Source: Eledone cirrhosa (lineage: Eukaryota). Taken from it: a stretch of 64,000 bases of DNA. Location: contig OZ024743.1 in the NCBI GenBank assembly GCA_964016885.1, forward strand, positions 233,182,001 to 233,246,000, given 5' to 3'. The notes below the pieces were generated by a model that was not told the DNA's origin, did no database searches, and was given only the letters and a program-made list of their open reading frames with translations. Made by a program: the position numbers and the translations under genes. Within the stretch, counting starts at the first letter, position 1, and each line of letters starts with the position of its first letter. Shown here in pieces: positions 54,847-64,000 of the stretch.

Positions 54847-54935
54847 CTTATTGGGTTGATGTGATTTCTTGCCTGCCTGTAATGGTGGAGTCACTCCTTG
54901 AGGGGGTTCACGTACATCCACTTTGAAAGATTCTC
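54847..54935 (-). CDS. MYCBP2: MYCBP2 exon (G)ESFKVDVREPPQGVTPP...QPNK, phase 1-0
   Basis: ttctag| and |gtgggt; 89 nt restores frame; V-EPP-G motif. Confidence 0.88.
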
Positions 54936-55019
54936 CTAGAAGTTTCCAGAAACAACAGAAGTGGTGAAGGAAACATAAAGGATGGTAATTAGATTTAGTA
55001 GGTTAGTGATGATCAGAGT

Positions 55020-55385
55020 TGACATGTGGTGAGGAGTGACATGTATAGAGTGACATGTATAGAGTGACATGTAGAGAGGAGTGACATATATAGAGAGGAG
55101 TGACATGTAGAGACATGTAAAGAGGAATGACATGTAGAGAGGAGTGACATGTATAGAGAGGAGTGACATGTAGAGAGAGGAGTGACATGTAGAGAGGAGT
55201 GACATGTATAGAGAGGAGTGACATGTATAGAGAGGAGTGACATGTATAGAGAGGAGTGACATGTAGAGAGAGGAGTGACATGTAGAGAGAGGAGTGACAT
55301 GTAGAGAGGAGTGACATGTAGAGAGTGACATGTAGAGAGGAGTAACATGTAGAGAGTGACATGTAGAGAGTGACATGTAGAGAGG
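55020..55385. repeat. GAGTGACATGTAGAGAG minisatellite (14-21 bp variants)
   Basis: Direct reading. Confidence 0.93.
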
Positions 55386-55874
55386 AATGTAATAATAATA
55401 GATGAGGGTGGTCGATTTGGAAGAGTCGTTTGAGCATTGGGTATTTGTTCTGAGCTAAAATCCTGCAGAGGACAACTTAGATGATAGAATAATTAATAAT
55501 TGTCTCTACTTTTAAAACAAGGCCAGCAATTATACCCCAGTGCATTACTGGTGCTTTATTTTATTGACCCCGTAAGGACAAAGGGCAAAGTTAACTTCAA
55601 TGGAATTTGAACTCAGACCATAAAGGGTCGTAACTCCATACTGCAAAGCATGGTGTCCGATCCTCTACCGATACTGCCAATTAACAATGAAAATTAATTA
55701 ATGAATCAGAAATTGTGTATGAAAGATGATATTTAGGTAAAGAAGTTGAAAGATATCTAAGTGGAAAGTAACTCCTGAAGAGGAAGATTGAAGATAACAT
55801 AGACAGAAATAATGTAAGTTGATCTCAGAATACTGAATATTACAATGGACAACAGCAGTAGAGTGGTAGAATCT

Positions 55875-55992
55875 GTTGGTTTCTGTATGGGTCTGTCTCT
55901 GTGTGTCTGTAAATGTGCATGTGTATGTATATATATAAACATTTGTTCGTACTGCCTCTGTTTTGTTCCCGTTCAATTTTTCACTATATATA

Positions 55993-56037
<45 letters not shown>

Positions 56038-57285
56038 AATGTGTGAGAGGGTGATTACATTGAATATCAATTGTAACATTGTATATTGTTATTTCAGGTG
56101 GACCTGGTGGCTATCAGGTGGTCAAATGTGGCAATTCTGGCCAAAACATTAGATGTCGGCCAAGTAAGAAAGCCACAACCAATAGGAATGTTAGTTCTAG
56201 GTAACCAGCTCACAGCAACAGAGGGTGTAAGTACTGCTTGACCTTTTACTACTATTATTACTACCACTAATAATAGTAGTGCTTTCTGATTTAGGCAGAA
56301 GGCCAACAATTTGAGGGGCGGGGGAATCGATTAGATTGACCCAGTGTGTTATTGGTACTTTAAAACAACTACAACAGTAGCATACTATAATATAGATAAT
56401 GTAATAATTAATAATGAAAATTAACTGTAAAGTGGTCATGTAGGTGTCACAACATAAAGCACCCAGTTCACACTATAATTTGGTCATGTAGGTGTCATAC
56501 AAAAATCACCCAGCCCACACTGTAAGGTGGGCATGTAGGTATCACGACAAAAAGCACCCAGCCCGCACTGTAAAGGTGGTTGTGTAGGTGTCATGACAAA
56601 AAGCACCTACCACACATGGTAAATGTGGTTGGCATTAGGAAGAGCATCCAGCCATAGAAATGAAGCCAGAAACAGTTCTGTATGAACAAGATATTGTTCC
56701 TTGACTCAACTTGCTTCTAATGGGACAAACTGTCTAATCCATTCTAGCATAGAAAATGGACATTAAATGATGACAATAATCAGTAATTGTGTATGAAAGA
56801 TGATATTTAGGTAAAGAAGTGGAAAGTAACTCCTGAAGAGGAAGATTGAAGATAACATAGACAGAAATAATGTAAGTTGATCTCAGAATACTGAATATTA
56901 CAATGGATGCCAGCAGTAGAGTGGTAGAATCATTAGAATGTAAAAATCCATAACTAAAATCTGCAAAGCAATTTGTCTGACATTCTGAGTTCAAATCCCA
57001 CCAGGGTTAACTTTGCCTTTCATCCTTTCAGGGTTGATAAAAAAAGGTACTAGTCCAGTACTGGTCTAGCCCTCTCTCCTTCCAACTGTCACATCCTGGA
57101 TGGATATTCCACTGGATCAAAAAGAGAGAAGATCAAGACAGTGCATCTGTCTACTCATAACTGCATAAGCACCTAAAAGCCTCAGCATAAACATGGTAGA
57201 GACTACCAAATCATACTCACTTGTAAATGATGACAGTAGAAGTAGTACTAACAGATGAAGCAGACATGAACATTTTAAACAACTT
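55875..57285 (+). repeat. Inverted duplication arm, partner of 49191-50403
   Basis: Reverse-complement match read along its length; extra segments at ~55917-55995 and ~57114-57220. Confidence 0.92.
56098..56226 (+). pseudogene. Inverted, frameshifted copy of MYCBP2 exon 50143-50270 with its splice sites
   Basis: atttcag|GTGGACCTGG...GAGGGT|gtaagt on + strand; 1-nt insertion (gccacAacc) and ~5 substitutions versus the real exon. Confidence 0.93.
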
Positions 57286-57518
57286 TCAAACTGCTTTAAG
57301 CTTGATAGTAGGATTTACATGTTTTTAAATAGTATCTACACTCTGTTCTCTTTAAAGTATGGAGCACAAAGTTGAATAATGGTCTTACTAATCTGAATTA
57401 AACTTTTTTTTAGGTATTTTCTGCTAAATCTTACAAGATGTTAAAGAGTTAACATTCACTCCAATTTCAGAGGGTCAGTACATTTTCATTGCTTCACAGC
57501 TGAGTTTGTTAACCATAC

Positions 57519-57690
57519 CTGCATCGAAGCCATCAACAGTAACATAGATGTTGTAAAGACCAACACTTCCTGGGGTCCAGTTACAGTTGTAGGAGCCATC
57601 ATTGCTGGAACGAACTAGCATGTTCTCACTGGGGCGTGGCACAGCAGGGGCTGCGTAACGCAACTCCTCAAACGAATAATTTTCATACAC
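57519..57690 (-). CDS. MYCBP2: MYCBP2 exon VYENYSFEELRY...NWTPGSVGLYNIYVTVDGFDA (RAE1-binding/filamin-like region), phase 0-1
   Basis: YENYSFEELR and WTPG motifs recognised from PHR proteins; tttcag| and |gtatgg sites. Confidence 0.93.
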
Positions 57691-58557
57691 CTGAAACAAT
57701 AACAGGGAAAAACAAAATTACAAACACCTTCACAAACCAAACCTGAAGCTTCTATGTGGTCGTTCAACCAGCTAGAAATAGCAACAAATTCCCTTCACAC
57801 CACACTACAGCCTTTAGAAAAGAAAGACATATTGGATATTGTAGGCTTAGACTATGCCTGAAAATATGAGAGGATGGTCATTGATGGAATACCTCTGATA
57901 ATGTCTATTCAATTAGACAATTATATATCTAAAAAAAAAAAAAAATAGGATGTTGTGACAGTTATACTTTTCATAAGGACATTAGAAATAGAAATAAAAC
58001 CATTTCAATAGAAGATAATTTTCCAAGACACCCAGTAGTAGAGGAATCAAAACTGATACTGTGGAACCCATCATTCAGTCAAAGAAGCACCAGTTGTAGA
58101 GCAATAACATACATTCATACCTTGCTGAAAGGTACTGGCTTCGACAATGTAGTTGAACTGAGGACTGCAATGATGGACAAAGAGGATTAGATATGATAAA
58201 CTGATTTGATGCAAGTGGAAACTGCTCACTTATTCTTGAGAGGGTCGTGATGGCAGAGTCTACAAACACTCCTTCCAGCGGGTCCTGTCAGAATCAACCA
58301 TCTCCAACCGATCCGCCTGGATCCCCAAGCGAGAGCAGTCAAGCTCATGGATGTTATCCAATCATCTTGCTCAGAGTCTACCACTGGGTCTCATGTCGGC
58401 TGGTTTTACCCGTAAAATCTGTCCAGTGATTCTTTCCCCGAGACATTCTAACCACATACCGATAGTATCGGAGCTGTGATCTCTCAATTCGAAAAAGTAG
58501 CAGCTCTACCTAGAGTGACTCTCTGAACAATAAACACCTGCCAAGAAAAAAACCTAC

Positions 58558-58749
58558 CTTCATCATACAGATAGAATGGAAGATGTCCTTTCTGTCTTTT
58601 ACTGTTACTTCATATGGTATATCCAGTGGTGGAGGCATATGTCCACCAAATGTCATATCCCCTTCATCCTGCTTACTTAAGCGCCTCATTTTCTTAAAGT
58701 CTTCTCCACTAGTTTCTTTCAAGTCAATTGGTATTGCTCGAACTTCCAC
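58558..58749 (-). CDS. MYCBP2: MYCBP2 exon (5'-most in window), VEVRAIP...SICMMK, phase 0-0
   Basis: tttctag| acceptor and |gtaggt donor; 192 nt open; joins in frame to the next exon. Confidence 0.85.
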
Positions 58750-59514
58750 CTAGAAATTCAAACAAAATCACATGATGAGAATTATTAACAGTTATTACCA
58801 GTTTAAAATATAGTTTAATAAAGACAGCTCACAACTTATTCACAATGTCTGGCTAATAATCTAAATGTCTTCAAGTGTGGTGTAGTGTCAAAAGATGGGC
58901 TGTGATGATGACAGGTGGTGTATTGTAATGACGTGGTCATGACCTATGTTGTGCTGTGTCATGGTGTGTGGTGGTGACGTGGTTTGTTATGCTGACATGT
59001 GATGTGTTGTGGTACGACATGTGGCATGTTGCAGTGACATGTGATATGCTGTGGTGGTAACATGTCGTGCATTGTCATGGTGACATGCTACAGTGTGGTG
59101 TTAACATGTAGTGTGTTGTCGTATCACATGATGTACAGTGGTGAAATGTGGTGCGGTATGTTGTGATGTCATCGTGTCGTGTCGTGTTGTGTCGTGTTGT
59201 GTTGTGATGTGATGTCATGTGGTGTATAGAGGTGACATGGGGTGTGAAGATTTTGTGGTGACATGGTATTTTGTACTGGTGACATGTGGTATATTGTAAT
59301 TACATGTGGTATGTTGTGTCATTAGCCAAATTTCGGCCCTGATCCAAAGTATTCCACTCTGACGATTCTGTTTTACAGTAGCATATCCGCATAAATATTA
59401 TCTAACATGTCTTCCCTATTTAAGACAGTGATGTTGTTTGATGGTGATTTTGCTGCTCTTTCTAGCGGAGCAGATCAACTAACCACAGTTGCTTAATCAT
59501 TGGCTTCTATCACA

Positions 59515-62500
59515 GTGTGTTGTGATGTACTGTAGCGTGGCATATTGTACAGTAGCGTGGTGTGTTGTACGGTAGGTTGGTGTGTTGTACTGTAGCGTGG
59601 TGTGTTGTACAGTGGTGCGGTGTGTTGTACAGTGGTGCGGTGTGTTGTACAGTAGTGTGGTGTGTTGTACTGTAGCGTGGTGTGTTGTACAGTGGTGCGG
59701 TGTGTTGTACAGTAGCGCGGTGTGTTGTACAGTAGCGCGGTGTGTTGTACAGTAGCGTGGTGTGTTGTACAGTAGCGCGGTGTGTTGTACTGTAGCGTGG
59801 CGTATTCTACTGTAGCGTGGCTTTTTGTACAGTACCGTGGTGTGTTGTACAGTAGCCTGGTGTGTTGTACTGTAGCGTGGTGTGTTCTACTGTAGCTTGG
59901 TACAGTAGCATGGCGTGTTGTACTGTAGTGTGGTGTGTTGTACTGTACTGTAGCGCGGTGTGCTGTACTGTAGTGTGGTGTGTTGTACAGTAGGTTGGTG
60001 TGTTGTACAGTAGTGTGGTGTGTTGTACAGTAGTGTGGTGTGTTGTACAATAGTGTGGTGTGTTGTACTCTAGTGTGGTGTATTGTACAGTAGCATCGCG
60101 TGTTGTAGTGTGGTATGGTGTGTTGTACAGTAGCATGGCATGTTGTACTGTAGTGTGGTGTGTTGTACTGTACTGTAGCGTGGTGTGTTGTACAGTAGCG
60201 CGGTGTGTTGTACAGTAGCGCGGTGTGTTGTACAGTAGCGTGGTGTGTTGTACTGTAGCGCGGTGTGTTGTACTGTAGCGCGGTGTGTTGTACTGTAGCG
60301 TAGCATATTGTACTGTAGCATAGTGTGTTGTACTGTAGCGTGGCGTGTTGTAGAGTAAAGTTGGTGTGTTGTACAGTAGCGTGGCGTGTTGTAGAGTAGA
60401 GTTGGTGTGGTGTACAGTAGCGTGGTGTGTTCTACAGTAGCGCGGCGTGTTGTACAGTAGCGCGGTGTGTTGTACAGTAGCGTGGTGTGTTGTACAGTAG
60501 CGCGGTGTGTTGTACAGTAGCGTTGTGTGTTGTACAGTAGCGTGGTGTGTTGTACAGTAGCGTGGTGTGTTGTACTGTAGCGTGGCATATTGTACAGTGC
60601 GGTGTGTTGTACAGTAGTGCAGTGTGTTGTACAGTAGTGCGGTGTGTTGTACAGTAGTGCGGTGTGTTGTACAGTAGTGCTGTGTGTTGTACAGTAGTGC
60701 TGTGTGTTGTACAGTAGCGTGGTGTGTTGTACAGTAGCGTGGTGTGTTGTACAGTAGCGTGGTGTGTTGTACAGTAGCGTGGTGTGTTGTACAGTAGCGT
60801 GGTGTGTTGTACAGTAGCGTGGTGTGTTGTACAGTAGCGTGGTGTGTTGTACAGTAGCGTGGTGTGTTGTACAGTAGCATGGTGTGTTGTACAGTAGCGT
60901 GGTGTGTTGTACAGTAGCGTGGTGTGTTGTACAGTAGCGTGGTGTGTTGTACAGTAGCGTGGTGTGTTGTACTATAGCGTGGTGTGTTGTACTATAGCGT
61001 GGTATGTTGTACTATAGCGTGGTGTGTTGTACTGTAGCGTGGCATATTGTACAGTGCGGTGTGTTGTACAGTAGCGTGGTGTGTTGTACAGTAGTGTGGT
61101 GTGTTGTACAGTAGCGTGGTGTGTTGTACAGTAGCGTGGTGTGTTGTACAGTAGCGTGGTGTGTTGTACAGTAGCGTGGTGTGTTGTACAGTAGCGTGGT
61201 GTGTTGTACAGTAGCGTGGTGTGTTGTACAGTAGTGTGGTGTGTTGTACTATAGCGTGGCGTGTTGTACTATAGCGTGGTGTGTTGTACTGTAGCGTGGC
61301 ATATTGTACAGTGCGGTGTGTTGTACAGTAGTGCGGTGTGTTGTACAGTAGCACGGTGTGTTGTACAGTAGCGTGGTGTGTTGTACTGTAGCGTGGCATA
61401 TTGTACAGTAGCGTTGTGTGTTGTACAGTAGTGTGTTGTACTGTAGCGTGGCGTGTTGTAGAGTAGACTTGGTGTGTTGTACAGTAGTGTGGTGTGTTGT
61501 AGAGTAGAGTTGGTGTGTTGTACAGTAGCATGGTGTGTTGTACAGTAGCGTGGTGTGTTGTACAGTAGCGTGGTGTGTTGTACAGTGGCGCAGTGTGTTG
61601 TACAGTAGTGCAGTGTGTTGTACAGTAGTGCAGTGTGTTGTACAGTAGTGCAGTGTGTTGTACAGTAGTGCAGTGTGTTGTACAGTTGTGTAGTGTTTTG
61701 TACAGTAACATCGCGTATTGTACAGTAGCGTGGCGTGTTGTACAGTAGTGTGGTGTGTTGTACAGTAGCGCGGTGCGTTGTACTGTAGCGTGGCGTATTC
61801 TACTGTAGCATGGCTTTTTGTACAGTACCATGGTGTGTTGTACAGTAGCCTGGTGGTGTTGTACTGTAGCGTGGTGTGTTCTACTGTAGCGTGGTGTGTT
61901 CTACTGTAGCTTGGTGTGTTCTACTGTAGCTTGGTGTGTTGTACAGTAGCATGGTGTGTTGTACAGTAGCATGGCGTGTTGTACAGTAGCATGGCGTGTT
62001 GTACAGTAGCATGGCGTGTTGTACAGTAGCATGGCGTGTTGTAGCGTGGTCTGCTGTACTGTAGTGTGGTGTGTTGTACAGTAGGTTGGTGTGTTGTACA
62101 GTAGTGTGGTGTGTTGTACAATAGTGTGGTGTGTTGTACAATAGTGTGGTGTGTTGTACAATAGTGTGGTGTGTTGTACAATAGTGTGGTGTGTTGTACA
62201 ATAGTGTGGTGTATTGTAGTGTGGTGTGGTGTGTTGTACTGTAGTGTGGTGTGTTGTACTGTAGTGTGGTGTGTTGTACTGTAGTGTGGTGTGTTGTACT
62301 GTAGTGTGGTGTGTTATACTGTAGTGTGGTGTGTTGTACTGTAGTGTGGTGTGTTGTTCTGTGCTGTAGCGTGGTGTGAGGTATAGTAGCTTGGTGTCTT
62401 GTACAGAACTGTGGCGTATTGTACAGTAGCGTCGCGTTTTGTACTGTAGTGTGGTGTGTTATACTGTAGCGTGGTGTGTTGTACTGTAGCGTGGTGTGTT

Positions 62501-64000
62501 GTACTGTAGCGTGGTGTGTTGTACTGTAGCGTGGTGTGTTGTACTGTAGCGTGGTGTGTTGTACTGTAGCGTGGTGTGTTGTACTGTAGCGTGGTGTGTT
62601 GTACAGTAGCGTGGCGTGTTGTACTGTAGTGTGGTGTGTTGTACTGTAGTGTGGTGTGTTATACTGTAGCGTGGTGTGTTGTACTGTAGCGTGGTGCGTT
62701 GTACAGTAGCGTGGCGTGTTGTACTGTAGTGTGGTGTGTTGTACTGTAGCGTGGCGTATTGTACAGTAGCGTGGCATGTTGTATCTGTAGTGTGGTGTGT
62801 TATACTGTAGCGTGGTGTGTTGTACTGTAGCGTGGTGTGTTGTACAGTAGCCTGGCGTGTTGTACTGTAGTGTGGTGTACTGTAGCGTGGCGTATTGTAC
62901 AGTAGCGTGGCATGTTGTATCTGTAGTGTGGTGTGTTGCACTGTAGTGTGGTGTGTTGTTCTGTGCTGTAGCGTGGTGTGTGGTATAGTAGCTTGGTGTG
63001 TTGTACAGTAGTGTGGCGTATTGTACAGTAGCGTGGTGTGTTGTACAGTAGCCTGGTGGTGTTGTACTGTAGCGTGGTGTGTTCTACTGTAGCGTGGTGT
63101 GTTCTACTGTAGCTTGGTGTGTTCTACTGTAGCTTGGTGTGTTGTACAGTAGCATGGTGTGTTGTACAGTAGCATGGCGTGTTGTACAGTAGCATGGCGT
63201 GTTGTACAGTGCGGTGTGTTGTACAGTAGCGTGGTGTGTTGTACAGTAGTGTGGTGTGTTGTACAGTAGCGTGGTGTGTTGTACAGTAGCGTGGTGTGTT
63301 GTACAGTAGCGTGGTGTGTTGTACAGTAGCGTGGTGTGTTGTACAGTAGCGTGGTGTGTTGTACAGTAGCGTGGTGTGTTGTACAGTAGTGTGGTGTGTT
63401 GTACTATAGCGTGGCGTGTTGTACTATAGCGTGGTGTGTTGTACTGTAGCGTGGCATATTGTACAGTGCGGTGTGTTGTACAGTAGTGCGGTGTGTTGTA
63501 CAGTAGCACGGTGTGTTGTACAGTAGCGTGGTGTGTTGTACTGTAGCGTGGCATATTGTACAGTAGCGTTGTGTGTTGTACAGTAGTGTGTTGTACTGTA
63601 GCGTGGCGTGTTGTAGAGTAGACTTGGTGTGTTGTACAGTAGTGTGGTGTGTTGTAGAGTAGAGTTGGTGTGTTGTACAGTAGCATGGTGTGTTGTACAG
63701 TAGCGTGGTGTGTTGTACAGTAGCGTGGTGTGTTGTACAGTGGCGCGGTGTGTTGTACAGTAGTGCAGTGTGTTGTACAGTAGTGCAGTGTGTTGTACAG
63801 TTGTGTAGTGTTTTGTACAGTAACATCGCGTATTGTACAGTAGCGTGGCGTGTTGTACAGTAGTGTGGTGTGTTGTACAGTAGCGCGGTGCGTTGTACTG
63901 TAGCGTGGCGTATTCTACTGTAGCATGGCTTTTTGTACAGTACCGTGGTGTGTTGTACAGTAGCCTGGTGGTGTTGTACTGTAGCGTGGTGTGTTCTACT
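59515..64000. repeat. 20-bp satellite GTACAGTAGCGTGGTGTGTT with higher-order duplications
   Basis: >4.4 kb of tandem units running off the window end. Confidence 0.97.

Noticed and set aside
56098-56226. Possible exon of a separate plus-strand gene
   Set aside because: Frameshifted relative to its source exon, and no other plus-strand exons were found
55875-57285. Idea that the inverted copy is a reverse-transcribed, A-to-I edited pre-mRNA
   Set aside because: The differences I compared are of mixed types with no A-to-G bias
59493-63826. Long H/T/Y/Q-rich ORFs up to 357 aa
   Set aside because: Products of a stop-poor 20-bp satellite; no splice or domain evidence

Overview
AT-rich, repeat-dense animal genomic DNA. 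The SINE/MITE/microsatellite repertoire suggests an octopus or other coleoid cephalopod (inference, not verified). The whole window lies inside one minus-strand gene, the PHR-family E3 ubiquitin ligase MYCBP2 (PAM/Highwire/RPM-1); its start and stop lie outside the window. I traced 18 well-supported GT-AG exons with consistent phases from 58749 to 899, running from the RAE1-binding/filamin-like region through two SH3b-like repeats, a long disordered region and a Cys/His motif to the start of the DOC domain. About 8 further frame-preserving cassette or micro-exon candidates lie in the disordered region. Introns hold ~20 copies of a tRNA-derived SINE, TTAA/piggyBac-type MITEs, a mariner remnant, RTE/CR1-type LINE tails, foldback palindromes and satellites. 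Most notable: (1) a ~1.2-1.4 kb near-identical inverted duplication carrying an antisense copy of a coding exon, bracketing a 432-nt frame-neutral three-exon block (predicted dsRNA, A-to-I editing or circRNA module); (2) type I hammerhead-ribozyme motifs in TA-flanked elements, one apparently intact; (3) a phase-symmetric cassette/micro-exon array and a candidate recursive splice site. All calls were made by eye, without alignment or folding tools.
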